NCBI GenBank assembly: GCA_035533075.1
Contig: DATLUO010000088.1
Span: forward strand, 4,139-68,138
Direction of reading: 5' to 3'
DNA from: Pirellulales bacterium
Lineage (GTDB): Bacteria > Planctomycetota > Planctomycetia > Pirellulales > JAICIG01
DNA: 64,000 nucleotides
This document shows positions 32,283-42,282 of the stretch, in pieces (the stretch's first letter is position 1; each line of letters opens with the position of its first letter). Position numbers and translations under genes: made by a program. Under the pieces are notes generated by a model. The model saw only the letters and a list, made by a program, of their open reading frames with translations, did no database searches and was not told the DNA's origin.

Positions 32283-35200
32283 ATGATGGAGAAGCAAAAT
32301 GTAGGGTGGGCCGGCGCTCGCAAGCTCGCTGGTCGCACCCTACGGGTTTGCACGGTCGCAGCGGCGTTTTGGACTCACGCGGCCTCGGCACAACTGCCGG
32401 TGGCCCGGCTGAACTCCGCCTTTCCGCCCGGCGGCAAGCAAGGCTCGACGATCGAGGTCACGCTCACCGGCACCGATCTCGACGGCGCGGACCGGCTTGT
32501 CTTCACGCATTCCGGCATCACGGCCAAGCAGGTCATCCTGGAGCCGACCGAGTTCGATCCACAGCCGCGGCCGGCCGACGGCAAGTTCACCGTGTCGATC
32601 GCCGCCGACGTGCCGCCGGGCATGTACGAAGTTCGCGCGGCGGGCAAATACGGCGTCTCGAACCCGCGCTACTTCGTCGTCGATACGCAGACCGAAGTGA
32701 ATGAAACCGAGCCGAACTCGCGCGTCGATCAGGCCAACGAGGTGCCGCTGGGCGGCGTGGTCAACGGCGTGTCGGGCGGGGCCGATCAGGACTTCTTTCA
32801 GTTCCCCGCCAAGAAAGGCCAGCGATTGTTGATTGATTGCCAGGCCCGCCGCATCGACTCGCGGCTCGACCCGATGCTGGTGCTTTACGACGCTCGCGGC
32901 AACGAGCTGGCCAGCGCCCACGACGGCAGCCACCGCGACACGCTCCTCGACTTCACTGTGCCCGCCGACGGCCTGTATGTCGTTGAAGTCCACGACTTCA
33001 TCTACGGAGGCGGACCGGACTACTTCTACCGCCTGGCCCTCAACACCGGGCCGCACGTCGATTTCGTGTTTCCGCCCGCCGGCCTGCCGGGCACAAACCA
33101 GGCATATCAGATTTATGGCCGCAACCTGCCCGGCGGCCAGGCGGTGCCGGGGATGATGATCGACGGGCAGCCGCTGGACGTCGTCAATGCCTCCATCGCG
33201 CTGCCGAAGGCGGCGGAAGCCGACCGCTTGCCGGCCGGCACGCTGATTGAGCCGGCCGCTTCGGGCATCGATGCCATTTTGTACCGCCTTCCCTCTCCGC
33301 AAGGTCTCTCGAATCCCGTGCTGGTCAGCCTGGCTACGGCACCGGTCGTTCCGGAGAAGGAACCGAACAATAGTGCGGCCAAGGCCCAGATAATAGCGCC
33401 GCCGTGCGAGGTGGTCGGCCAGTTTTACCCTGTGGGCGATCACGACTGGTTCACATTCGACGCCAAGAAGAGCGATGCTTACGTGATCGAGGTGGTGTCG
33501 CAACGGCTGGGCGAATCGACCGACCCGTATCTGATGGTCGAGCAAGTGACCGTCGATAAAGATGGCAAACCGCAGGTCAAGGAGCTGCAACAGGCCGACG
33601 ACAACATGCTCAACTCCGGCGGGTTCGACTTCGCCACCACGCACGACGATCCCAGTTTTCGCTTCACGGCGCCCGACGACGGTAGCTATCGCATTTTGCT
33701 GCGCGACCTTTACTCCAGCTCGCGCGGCGATCCGCGGTTCGTCTATCGCTTGGCGGTGCGGCTCGAGCGGCCCGACTTCCGCCTGGCGGCGCTGGCCAAG
33801 TTTCCCGGCTCGCAGCCCAACCAGCAGCAGTCGCTTGTCTGGTCGCCTTACCTTCGCAAAGGCGGCAGCGATGCAATCGAGATCGTGGCCTTCCGCCGCG
33901 ACGGGTTCGACGGCGAGATCGTCGTCACGGCCGAAGGTTTGCCGCCGGGCGTAACCGCGGCGCCGGTCACGATTGGTCCCGGCCGCAGCGCGGCCGCGCT
34001 GATCCTCATGGCGGCCGACAATGCGGCCGCGACCGTGGCGCCGTTTCGCGTCGTGGGCAAGGCTAAGATCGGCACGAGCGACGTGACGCACGCCGCCCGT
34101 GCCGCGTCGATCGTCTGGGCGGGGCAGCCGGGCCAGTTCAATGCCCGCTCGCGTCTGTCGGGCGAGCTCGTGTTGGCGGTCAGCGAGAGCGAACCGGCGC
34201 CCGTTACATTGCAAGCCGCCGGCAGCGTGCTGGAGATGAGCCGCGCCGGCAAGATCGAAATCCCCGTCAGCATGACTCAGCACGGCGACTTCAAGGGCAA
34301 CGTGACGCTCTCGGCGGTGGGCTTGCCGCCGAACATCCAGCCGGCCAATCAACAAATGAACGCCGGGCAAGGCGAAACGAAGTTTACGCTCAACCTGCAA
34401 ACCAACGCGCCGCCGGGAACGTTCAGTTTCCATCTCCTGGGCACGACGCAATACAGCTACCGGCACAATCCCGAAGCGGCCGAAGCCGCCGCCAAGCGTC
34501 AGGCCGACGTCGAAAAGATTCTGGCCGAGCGGCAAGCCGCCTTGAAAGCGGCCAACAACAACAAGAACTCCGCCACGCAATCCGCTCAGCAGGCCGACGC
34601 CGAGATGAAGCGGATGCAGCAGGCGCTGCAAACGGCCAAGAGCAACGCCGCGGCCGCCGAGGCCAAGCTGAAGACCGCGCAACAGGCGCTGGCACAGGCC
34701 CAAGCGGCACTCGACAAAGACAAGGAAAGTAAATCGCGGGCAGGCGCGCTCGATGCGGCCGAGAAGAATGTGAAGGCCGCTGACGAAATGGCGAAAAAAG
34801 CGGCCGAGGCCCAAGCTTCGGCGGAGAAAACGGCCACCGACGCGGCGGCCAAAGCCAAAGACGCCGCCGATGCGAAAGTCGCGGCCGACAAGGCGGCCGT
34901 GGAAGCCGACGCCAAGGTGAAGTCAGCCGAGCAGGCGCGGCAGGTCGCGGTGCAGGCCGCCAATAACGCCCGCAATCTGGCGAACCCGCGCAACATCAAC
35001 GTCGGCTATCCCTCGACGCCCGTCACGATCAAGATCACTCCGTCGCCGGTCACGATCACGTTGCCGCCGAACGCGACGTTGAAGCAAGGCGCGAAGCTGG
35101 AGTTGCCGATCACGATCAACCGGCTTTACGGTTTTACCAACCAGGTGCAGTTCAACGTGCAGTTGCCCGGCGGCGTGGGCGGCCTGAACATCCCGCAGTT

Positions 35201-35375
35201 GACGCTTGCCGCCAACCAGAACGCCGGCCAACTTGTCATCGCGGCTGCCCCCAACGCCACGCCCGGCCGGCATGAGCTGCGACTGCAAGCGAACCTGCAG
35301 TTCAACAATCAGGGTCTGCAATGGATCGAGACGCTGCCGCTGACGATCGAGGCGGTTGAGGTCGCAAAGAAATAA
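32283..35375 (+). CDS. Large secreted protein with two PPC (pre-peptidase C-terminal)-like domains and a ~170-aa Ala/Lys/Gln coiled coil
   Basis: Within ORF 32226..35375, start at the ATG at 32283. PPC-like segments are ETEPNSRVDQANEVPLGG...DQDFFQF and EKEPNNSAAKAQII...GDHDWFTF. The coiled coil runs ...AEAAAKRQADVEKILAERQAALKAA...KVKSAEQARQ. Confidence 0.75.
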   Translation: MMEKQNVGWAGARKLAGRTLRVCTVAAAFWTHAASAQLPVARLNSAFPPGGKQGSTIEVTLTGTDLDGADRLVFTHSGITAKQVILEPTEFDPQPRPADGKFTVSIAADVPPGMYEVRAAGKYGVSNPRYFVVDTQTEVNETEPNSRVDQANEVPLGGVVNGVSGGADQDFFQFPAKKGQRLLIDCQARRIDSRLDPMLVLYDARGNELASAHDGSHRDTLLDFTVPADGLYVVEVHDFIYGGGPDYFYRLALNTGPHVDFVFPPAGLPGTNQAYQIYGRNLPGGQAVPGMMIDGQPLDVVNASIALPKAAEADRLPAGTLIEPAASGIDAILYRLPSPQGLSNPVLVSLATAPVVPEKEPNNSAAKAQIIAPPCEVVGQFYPVGDHDWFTFDAKKSDAYVIEVVSQRLGESTDPYLMVEQVTVDKDGKPQVKELQQADDNMLNSGGFDFATTHDDPSFRFTAPDDGSYRILLRDLYSSSRGDPRFVYRLAVRLERPDFRLAALAKFPGSQPNQQQSLVWSPYLRKGGSDAIEIVAFRRDGFDGEIVVTAEGLPPGVTAAPVTIGPGRSAAALILMAADNAAATVAPFRVVGKAKIGTSDVTHAARAASIVWAGQPGQFNARSRLSGELVLAVSESEPAPVTLQAAGSVLEMSRAGKIEIPVSMTQHGDFKGNVTLSAVGLPPNIQPANQQMNAGQGETKFTLNLQTNAPPGTFSFHLLGTTQYSYRHNPEAAEAAAKRQADVEKILAERQAALKAANNNKNSATQSAQQADAEMKRMQQALQTAKSNAAAAEAKLKTAQQALAQAQAALDKDKESKSRAGALDAAEKNVKAADEMAKKAAEAQASAEKTATDAAAKAKDAADAKVAADKAAVEADAKVKSAEQARQVAVQAANNARNLANPRNINVGYPSTPVTIKITPSPVTITLPPNATLKQGAKLELPITINRLYGFTNQVQFNVQLPGGVGGLNIPQLTLAANQNAGQLVIAAAPNATPGRHELRLQANLQFNNQGLQWIETLPLTIEAVEVAKK
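32301..32343 (+). repeat. REP-like element type 1 (single unit) inside the 5' coding region
   Basis: GTAGGGTGGGCCGGCGCTCGCAAGCTCGCTGGTCGCACCCTAC has terminal 8-bp inverted ends. It is read in frame as VGWAGARKLAGRTL. Confidence 0.9.
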
Positions 35376-35429
35376 CTTGTTCGGGGTAGGCGGTTGACCC
35401 GGTCGGTGGATCCGGCGACGCGTGGTGGG

Positions 35430-35690
35430 TCATTTTGAATTCCTAGATTTTTCTGCCGCTGCGCGGATGGCTCGATGCCAGCCGATCACACGGACGAAAG
35501 CCCCGACTACAAATAGCAACGCGAATTCGGCCATGATGGCCAAGGCGATGATTGCAAAGGCAGCTTCCGGCAGAAAGTGACCGAAGGGGTTGGCGAATAG
35601 GATCACGCCGCCCCCGAAGAAGGTGAGCAAGAAAATCCAGAACAGAACCTTTAGGGTCAGTGGCGGCTGGGGTTGTTTCTCGTCGGCCAT
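35430..35690 (-). CDS. Small membrane protein (86 aa, 2-3 TM segments)
   Basis: ORF 35430..35690. The hydrophobic stretches are VLFWIFLLTFFGGGVILFA and AAFAIIALAIMAEFALLFVVGAFV. Confidence 0.55.
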   Translation of the reverse strand: MADEKQPQPPLTLKVLFWIFLLTFFGGGVILFANPFGHFLPEAAFAIIALAIMAEFALLFVVGAFVRVIGWHRAIRAAAEKSRNSK

Positions 35691-35855
35691 GCCTGAAATC
35701 CTCCTTTGACCTGCTATCGGGTCTCAGGCATAATTAGACCATGCCTACCCGCCCAAGCAAACTGACCCGCTACCCGGCGACTCGTCCCCTCGACTCCAGC
35801 TTGCGAACGTGCGAAAATGAGGTTGTCACAGGTTCATTCCGTAGGGAAAACGTGC

Positions 35856-36128
35856 ATGTCTCATCGCGAAGAGGTTTTGGCGCAGGCAATGGCGTTGCCG
35901 GCCGAAGATCGAGCCTATGTTGTAACGGTCCTCGAGCGCAGCTTGAGCGGCGGCGACGCATTGACGAGCGGGGCGGAAGTGCCCGGCGACGGAATATCAG
36001 GCGACGCGTTATTGTCGGAACTCGAGCGCCGCTCGGCGGCTTACCATTCCGGCACGACGACCGCTCGGCCGGTGGCTGAGTTGCTGGCTGAGCTCAAAGC
36101 TCGACAAGCGAGCGAGAGTTCGGCGTGA
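35856..36128 (+). CDS. Addiction-module antitoxin (TIGR02574-like)
   Basis: Within ORF 35817..36128, start at the ATG at 35856. MSHREEVLAQAMALPAEDRAYVVTVLERSL... The stop overlaps the GTG start of the ParE-like gene (GTGA). Confidence 0.75.
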   Translation: MSHREEVLAQAMALPAEDRAYVVTVLERSLSGGDALTSGAEVPGDGISGDALLSELERRSAAYHSGTTTARPVAELLAELKARQASESSA

Positions 36129-36448
36129 AACTGAATATTCTGGCGGAAGCCGAGCAAGAAATCGAGTCGGCGCGCCGTTATCTCAACGAGCAGTCCGCCG
36201 GGCGTGGCGGTCGCTTTCTAAACGATCTCGAAAGCACGCTGGAAAAGGTACTTGATCAGCCGCTTCGGTTTGGCAAGCTGGAAACCCTGCCCGACTCACC
36301 GTACCGTCGCGCATTATTGAAGCATTTTCGGTACGCCGTCGTGTTCGAGGTTTTGATGATGAAATTCTGGTGGTGGCCGTCGCTCATACGAGCCGTGAGC
36401 CGAACTACTGGCTCGGACGACGTGGCTGAGAGCAATTACTCCGGGTAG
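36125..36448 (+). CDS. RelE/ParE-family toxin, apparently frameshifted near its 3' end
   Basis: ORF 36125..36448 ([20 protein letters not shown]...[17 protein letters not shown]). After the T-run at 36351-36354 the family-typical tail [24 protein letters not shown] is readable only in another frame, which ends at TGA 36429-36431. Confidence 0.7.
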   Translation: MKLNILAEAEQEIESARRYLNEQSAGRGGRFLNDLESTLEKVLDQPLRFGKLETLPDSPYRRALLKHFRYAVVFEVLMMKFWWWPSLIRAVSRTTGSDDVAESNYSG

Positions 36449-37395
36449 AGCTTCGTCGAGAGATACCGCTCGCCGATATCGGGCAGCACGACCACGATCA
36501 ACTTGCCCTTGTGCTCCGGCTGTCGGGCCAGCTTCAGCGCGGCCCAGGCGGCGGCGCCGGAGCTGATGCCGCACATCAGGCCCTCCAGCCGGGCCAGGCT
36601 GCGGGCGGTCTCGGCCGCGTCGTCGTCGGCCACTTGCACCACCTCGTCGATGACGTCGACGTTGAGCACGTTGGGAATGAAGCCGGCCCCAATTCCCTGA
36701 ATGGTGTGCCTGCCCGGCTTCAGCGGCTGGCCGGCACGCTTCTGCGTGATGACCGGACTATTGACCGGCTCGACCGCCACCACGTGCAGCGAGGGCTTGC
36801 GCTTCTTGATCGCTTCGCCCACGCCGGTGATCGTGCCGCCCGTGCCGACGCCGGAAACGAAAAGGTCGATCTCGCCGTTCGTGTCGCGCCACAACTCTTC
36901 GGCCGTGGTGCGGCGATGGACCTCCGGGTTGGCCGGGTTGTTGAACTGCTGCGGCATGAAGTGGTTCTTGTTCTCGGCCAGAATCTCTTCGGCCTTGCGA
37001 ACGGCGCCGGGCATGCCGTCGGCCGCCGGCGTGAGGATCACCTCCGCGCCCAGGGCCTTGAGCATCCGCCGCCGCTCGAGGCTCATGCTTTCGGGCATGG
37101 TGACCTTGATCTTGTAGCCGCGGGCGGCGCAGACGTAAGCCAGCCCGATGCCGGTATTGCCGCTGGTCGGCTCGATGACCACGGTGTCGCCGCAGAGCTT
37201 GCCGTCGCGTTCGGCGGCCTCGATCATGGAGACCGCGATGCGATCTTTGACGCTCCACAGCGGGTTCATGTTCTCGACTTTGGCGGCCACGGTGGCCCCG
37301 CATCCCTCGGCGATCTTTCCCAGCCGCACCAGCGGAGTGTTGCCGATGCAACGCGTGATGTCTTCGTGGATTCCAGTCGTCGGTGCGGTGGCCAT
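36436..37395 (-). CDS. cysK: Cysteine synthase A (O-acetylserine sulfhydrylase)
   Basis: ORF 36436..37395. [20 protein letters not shown] (PLP lysine), [12 protein letters not shown] and [10 protein letters not shown]. Confidence 0.9.
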   Translation of the reverse strand: MATAPTTGIHEDITRCIGNTPLVRLGKIAEGCGATVAAKVENMNPLWSVKDRIAVSMIEAAERDGKLCGDTVVIEPTSGNTGIGLAYVCAARGYKIKVTMPESMSLERRRMLKALGAEVILTPAADGMPGAVRKAEEILAENKNHFMPQQFNNPANPEVHRRTTAEELWRDTNGEIDLFVSGVGTGGTITGVGEAIKKRKPSLHVVAVEPVNSPVITQKRAGQPLKPGRHTIQGIGAGFIPNVLNVDVIDEVVQVADDDAAETARSLARLEGLMCGISSGAAAWAALKLARQPEHKGKLIVVVLPDIGERYLSTKLYPE

Positions 37396-37589
37396 GACGG
37401 TCCTTTCTATTTACGGGGAGAAACAACGCGGGCGGGAGTGCGGCCCCGCGGGCGATTATAGTAACCAGCGGCAGGGCGCGACAAGCGAGCCTTGCCTGGA
37501 ACAGGCCCGCGGGCGCGGGAATTCGTTTGCGCCCCACACCGGCGAGACTCTGATCGGCTTTGACAAACAGAACCGGCAATGCATCGAGC

Positions 37590-37632
37590 GTAGGGGGGGC
37601 CGGCGCTCGCAAGCCCGCTGGCCCCACGTTAC
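37590..37632 (+). repeat. REP-like element type 1 (single, degenerate)
   Basis: GTAGGGGGGGCCGGCGCTCGCAAGCCCGCTGGCCCCACGTTAC, located 20 nt downstream of the permease stop. Confidence 0.8.
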
Positions 37633-37652
37633 GATTCGGCTGCGCGGGCGAG

Positions 37653-39278
37653 CTAGTGCGAAACCCGCCAACGCACTCGGAACAGCCAGATCATCGCGCC
37701 CACCAGGCCGATGTCGAGCGCCAGATAGAATCCGACGAAGCAAAACCACAGCGGCCAATTCGCCCGAATCGGCGTCGAGTCTTGCATCTGCAAGTCGAGC
37801 GGCAAGCTGAACGCCGCGGAAAACGGGCTCGTGAACGAAAGCTGCCTCACGAGCTGCGTCACCCAGTGCGTGCCGTAGAACAGCTCCGCGAACTGCGACG
37901 CCGCCACGGGCACCGTGAACATCACAATCACGAGCAGGTAGGCGGTCATCATGCTGACCGACGTCTTGCGAAAAATCACCGAGCAGAACAGGGCCAGCTC
38001 GGCCGTGGTGAAGCAGACCAGCACCACGATCAGCAGATAGCCGACGATGGTCAGCAGGTTGCTCCAATAATAGGTGACCATGACGCAGGCCAACAACAGC
38101 GGCCAGAGCAAGAACGAGGTGAGCACGCTCGACACGCGCAGCCCGGAGACGAGCTTGCCCCACATGATCTGCCAGGGCGAGATGATCGTCACCAGCAGCA
38201 GGTCGAGCGTCTCGCGTTCGCGCTCGCTGGTCACGCTGCCGGCCGAAAACACCGGGCCGACGAGCATGTTGAACAGCACCACGTAGCTGATATACCAAGG
38301 AGCCAGCTCCGGCTTGATATACAGGCAGGCGGCCATCAGCGGAATGGCCAGAAACATGCTCACCTGGATGACCACCCGCAGCATCAGCGTGCCCTGGCTG
38401 AACAGCTCGCTGCGCATCTCTTTGTCGTAGATCGGATTGACGCCGTCTTCCAGCAGCGTGGTTCGTTTGGCCGGTGCAAACAGGCGGTCGGGGAACTGAT
38501 CGCGATGGATTACCAGTCCCACCGCTTGCCGCAGCTCTTGCACTTCGTCGACGACTTCCTTGCCTTCGCTGCCCACGTCGGGCGGGTGCAGCAGCCGGCG
38601 GCTAGTGGCCACGAACAACACCCCGCACAGCGCCGCGCAGGCCGCCGGAAAGACCGTGACGGCCACGAACAGGCGAAACGCCGCGCCCGCCCCCTCGAAC
38701 ATCCGCCAGAACATCAGCGCGAACAGCGCCAACGGCAGGATGGCCAGATACGAAACCACCAACGAGGCCGACGTGCGGCGAAAATAGCTGCTGCACGCCA
38801 GGCTGATCATGCCGAAGGTGGCGACCGAAATGATCAGCGCCATGTAAATGGCCAGCACTTCATACAGCGAGACGCCGCCCAACGGCAGGCAGAGCATGAC
38901 GATCGGCAGCGATGAAAAGATCAAAATGGCCACGTGCGAAAGCGAGGCCAGCAGCTTGCCCAGCACGATCGCGCCGGGCTTCAAGGGGCTGGCCAAGAGC
39001 ATCTCATAGCTCTTGCGCTCTTTTTCACCCGTGATGGCTCCCGCCGCGAAGCTCGGCGCCATGAGCGAGGCGATCAGGTATTGGCCGAGGAAGAACAGGT
39101 TGACCAGCCGCTTGGCGGCTTCGGGGTTGGTCATGTCGATCTTCTTTTCCTGGGGCCATGCCAGGTAGACGACGCCGCTGAGCAGCGTGACGTAAAAGAA
39201 CAGCAGGACGAACGCCCGCCGCATCCGCAGGTTGACCAGAAGCTCTCGCTGCAGGACCGGATTCTCGATGAAGTACAT
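37653..39278 (-). CDS. Polytopic membrane protein, ABC-2-type permease-like
   Basis: Within ORF 37653..39335. I prefer the ATG at 39278 (MYFIENPVLQRELLVNLR...). It has about 12 hydrophobic segments arranged as two similar halves. No ATPase gene is adjacent, so the family call is tentative. Confidence 0.5.
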   Translation of the reverse strand: MYFIENPVLQRELLVNLRMRRAFVLLFFYVTLLSGVVYLAWPQEKKIDMTNPEAAKRLVNLFFLGQYLIASLMAPSFAAGAITGEKERKSYEMLLASPLKPGAIVLGKLLASLSHVAILIFSSLPIVMLCLPLGGVSLYEVLAIYMALIISVATFGMISLACSSYFRRTSASLVVSYLAILPLALFALMFWRMFEGAGAAFRLFVAVTVFPAACAALCGVLFVATSRRLLHPPDVGSEGKEVVDEVQELRQAVGLVIHRDQFPDRLFAPAKRTTLLEDGVNPIYDKEMRSELFSQGTLMLRVVIQVSMFLAIPLMAACLYIKPELAPWYISYVVLFNMLVGPVFSAGSVTSERERETLDLLLVTIISPWQIMWGKLVSGLRVSSVLTSFLLWPLLLACVMVTYYWSNLLTIVGYLLIVVLVCFTTAELALFCSVIFRKTSVSMMTAYLLVIVMFTVPVAASQFAELFYGTHWVTQLVRQLSFTSPFSAAFSLPLDLQMQDSTPIRANWPLWFCFVGFYLALDIGLVGAMIWLFRVRWRVSH

Positions 39279-39425
39279 GCCCGAACTTTGGCTGAAAAGG
39301 CCCAGGAAGAGACTGCGGACGGGGATCCGACCCATCTAATGTAGCGACTGGTGGGCCGGTCAGGAACCAACCGTCGGCCGCAGGCGTGGGAGCAGAGAGG
39401 GTGGGTTCGTGGCGGGACTCGTTGT

Positions 39426-40496
39426 TCACTTGACGACTTTCACGGTGCATTCGCTTTCCTCCCGGAGTTGTTCCGGCGTCGGATATCGCCCCGGCAGGTC
39501 GTCCGCGTACCAGCGATCCAGAACCGAGTGCCAATCGGCCGGTTCGCTCACCGACACGAAAGCGCCGCGCACCTCGTCCGGTTGTGGATGGAGCCGCGAG
39601 TATTTAATGCCGAACTTCCGCATCTGCCGCCCGGCCACCTGCGGGCCGTAAACCTCCGTCGCCAGCCGATAATGCTCACGGATGACTTCACGCTGCTGGT
39701 GCAAGCGCGGCGGATCGGGCAGCGGCATTCCGGCCGCCAGCGCCCGGATCTGGCTGAAAATCCACGGATTGCCGATGGCGCCGCGCGCCACGGTCACGCC
39801 GTCGACTCCGGTTTCGGCGATCATCCGCAGGCAGTCGTGCGGCGTGAACAGGTCGCCGCTGCCGAGCACGGTCCGCGCGCCGGCGTGGCGTTTGACTTCG
39901 GCCAGAAACTCCCAGCGGCTGGGTCCGACGTAGCGTTGCTCGACCGTGCGGCCGTGAACGGTGATCGCGGCCACGCCCCGCTTGAAGGCGCCGTCGAAAA
40001 TCGCGAAAAAGTTGTCGCGGCTCCGCGGACTGTCGTCGAGGCCGCGGCGCATCTTGACGGTCACGGGCTTTGCGGGCGGCACGGCGTCGCGCACGCGGGA
40101 AACAATCTCCAGCGCCGTCGCCGGTTGGCTGAGCAGAAATCCGCCCCGGCAGCGGCCCAGCACCTTTTTTACCGGGCAGCCGAAATTGATGTCGATCGCG
40201 TCGAAGCCGGCGGCGGCCAGTTCTGCTGCCGCCGGGCCGAATTGGCGGGGGTCGCTGCCCATCAGTTGCCCGCCGACGGGATGCTCTTCGTCGGCCAGGC
40301 TGGCCCATTTGCGGCGTGCTTTCTTGCCGCCTTCGAGCACCAGCCGGTCGAGCACCACCTCGCACAGCGCGTAACTGGCGCCCAGCCGCCGCGCGATGAC
40401 GCGCATGGCCAAGTCGCTGTAGCCGGAAAGAGCGGCCTGAACCACGGGAAAGCCGACGTTCACGTCACCAATCGAAAGCGGGCGAAGTTCGCTCAT
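39426..40496 (-). CDS. tRNA-dihydrouridine synthase (Dus family)
   Basis: ORF 39426..40496. AALSGYSDLAMRVI, FDAIDINFGCPVKKV (catalytic Cys) and ITVHGRT. Confidence 0.85.
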   Translation of the reverse strand: MSELRPLSIGDVNVGFPVVQAALSGYSDLAMRVIARRLGASYALCEVVLDRLVLEGGKKARRKWASLADEEHPVGGQLMGSDPRQFGPAAAELAAAGFDAIDINFGCPVKKVLGRCRGGFLLSQPATALEIVSRVRDAVPPAKPVTVKMRRGLDDSPRSRDNFFAIFDGAFKRGVAAITVHGRTVEQRYVGPSRWEFLAEVKRHAGARTVLGSGDLFTPHDCLRMIAETGVDGVTVARGAIGNPWIFSQIRALAAGMPLPDPPRLHQQREVIREHYRLATEVYGPQVAGRQMRKFGIKYSRLHPQPDEVRGAFVSVSEPADWHSVLDRWYADDLPGRYPTPEQLREESECTVKVVK

Positions 40497-40529
40497 CCGT
40501 TCGATTCTGCACGGCGCATGGGCTGCGGG

Positions 40530-41684
40530 TCAACCGCTGTTCAAGTCGAACAACCGCTGATACTCTTGCTGGGCGTAGCGGTCGGTCATTCCGGCAAGAT
40601 AGTCGGCCACGCTACGGCGCAGGCCAACCCGCTCGATGCGGGAATGGAAGCGCGGCGGCAGCAGGTCGGGTCGGCTGATGTAGCCGGCGAACATCTCCCG
40701 CAGCATCGACTGCGCCTGGTCGCGAAACCGCAGCACCTGCGGATGACAGTAGACTCGCTGAAATAAGAACGCCTCGACCTCCCGCTTCAAGGCGGCCAGC
40801 TCGGGGCCGACTTCGACGAGCGTTTCGGTAAAACCGCGCACGTCGTCGACCGAGCCGATCGACGCGGCGCGCAGCCGCTCGTTGGTGCGGGCGATCAGCT
40901 CGCTCACCTGCCAGTCGATCAGCTCGTGCAACACGGCCCGCGTCAGCCGCTCGCCGTCGAGCGGGCCGTAGCGAGGGCGGACCCGGCGCTCGGCCTCGGC
41001 CCACAGCGGCAGCCGCAACAACTCGCCCGGCTCCAACAGCCCCAGGTGCATCGCGTCGTCGGCGTCGTGCGTGTCGTAGGCCACGCTGTCGGCCGCCTCC
41101 ACCACCTGCACCTCCAGCAAAGGACGCTCGGCCGCCGGCCGCCGTTTGTCGATCCGCGTGGCCTGGCCTTCCAGCACCTCGCGCGAAAGATTCAGGCCCG
41201 TAAAGTCGGGGTAGCGCTGCTCCAACTCCTCGACGATCACCAGCCCCTGGCGGTTGTGCGAAAAGCCGCCCTCGTCGGCCAGCAGCGCGTCGAGCGTGTG
41301 TTCGCCGGCATGGCCAAAGGGCGGGTGGCCCAAGTCGTGGGCCAAGGCCAGCGCCTCGACCAGGTCTTCGTTCAGCCGCAGCGCGCGGCCCACGGTCCGG
41401 GCGACCGAGGCCACTTCCAGCGTGTGCGTCAGCCGCGTGCGATGGTAGTCGCCCATCTCGCCCGTGAAGACCTGCATCTTGGCGCTCAGCCGGCGATACG
41501 CCGAACTGTGAACGATGCGGTCGCGATCGCGCTGGAAGGGACCGCGATAGGGGTGCGGCGGCTCCGCGTATTTTCGGCCGGCCGACGCGACGCTGTGCAT
41601 GGCGTAAGGCGCCAAGAGAAGTCGTTCGCGCTCGACGATCGCCGGCTCCAATGCGCCGCCTGCGGCGGAGGCAAAAGCCGTCAT
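40530..41684 (-). CDS. dgt: dGTP triphosphohydrolase-like HD-domain protein
   Basis: Within ORF 40530..41735. The ATG at 41684 overlaps the HIT stop (ATGA). RTRLTHTLEVASVARTV...LAHDLGHPPFGHAGE. Confidence 0.85.
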   Translation of the reverse strand: MTAFASAAGGALEPAIVERERLLLAPYAMHSVASAGRKYAEPPHPYRGPFQRDRDRIVHSSAYRRLSAKMQVFTGEMGDYHRTRLTHTLEVASVARTVGRALRLNEDLVEALALAHDLGHPPFGHAGEHTLDALLADEGGFSHNRQGLVIVEELEQRYPDFTGLNLSREVLEGQATRIDKRRPAAERPLLEVQVVEAADSVAYDTHDADDAMHLGLLEPGELLRLPLWAEAERRVRPRYGPLDGERLTRAVLHELIDWQVSELIARTNERLRAASIGSVDDVRGFTETLVEVGPELAALKREVEAFLFQRVYCHPQVLRFRDQAQSMLREMFAGYISRPDLLPPRFHSRIERVGLRRSVADYLAGMTDRYAQQEYQRLFDLNSG

Positions 41685-42232
41685 GGACCATTTTCCTTGC
41701 CAGTTGCCGACAACGCCTCGGTCAGCAGCGACCAAAGCTCGTCGAGGGATTGCGGGATGACGTCGACGCCGGCCAGCACGGGCATGAAGTTCGTGTCGCC
41801 CAGCCAGCGCGGCACGATGTGCCAGTGCAGGTGCCCCGGCACGCCCGCACCGGCCACTTTGCCCAGGTTCAAGCCGATGTTGAAGCCATCGGGGTTCATC
41901 AAGCGCGTGACGAGCGTGACCATGTTGCTGATGGTCTCGATCGCTTCCAGGTTGGTCTGCGTGGGCAACTCGTCGAGCCGGCCGAGATGCCGCTGGCAGG
42001 CCACCAGCAGGTGGCCGTTGTTATAAGGATAGCGGTTAAGGATGACGACCGTCTCGCGGCCGCGCGAGACGACCAGGTTTTCGCGATCGTGCGTGTCGGC
42101 CGCCGCCCGGCAGATGAAGCAATTGGGATCGGCGCCCGGCAACAGGTCGAGCGTCTGCGCCGGCCGCGGGGGCGTGCGCTCGCCTTTGACGTAGCCCAGT
42201 CGCCAGGGCGCCCAAAGCTGGTCACGGGTCAC
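41681..42232 (-). CDS. HIT-family (histidine triad) nucleotide hydrolase/transferase
   Basis: ORF 41681..42232. Contains the motif GAGVPGHLHWHIVPRW. Confidence 0.85.
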   Translation of the reverse strand: MTRDQLWAPWRLGYVKGERTPPRPAQTLDLLPGADPNCFICRAAADTHDRENLVVSRGRETVVILNRYPYNNGHLLVACQRHLGRLDELPTQTNLEAIETISNMVTLVTRLMNPDGFNIGLNLGKVAGAGVPGHLHWHIVPRWLGDTNFMPVLAGVDVIPQSLDELWSLLTEALSATGKENGP

Positions 42233-42282
42233 AAGGGTCTCCGTGTGGTCATTGTGTCGTGATGAGGGATGAGGGATGAGTC

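Noticed and set aside
29692-34814. Long minus-strand ORFs 29692..32391 (899 aa) and 32340..34814 (824 aa)
   Set aside because: They lie antisense to genes with clear family motifs (DUF1549/1553 and PPC domains). Their composition is dominated by Arg, Ala, Gly and Val, with no recognisable motifs.
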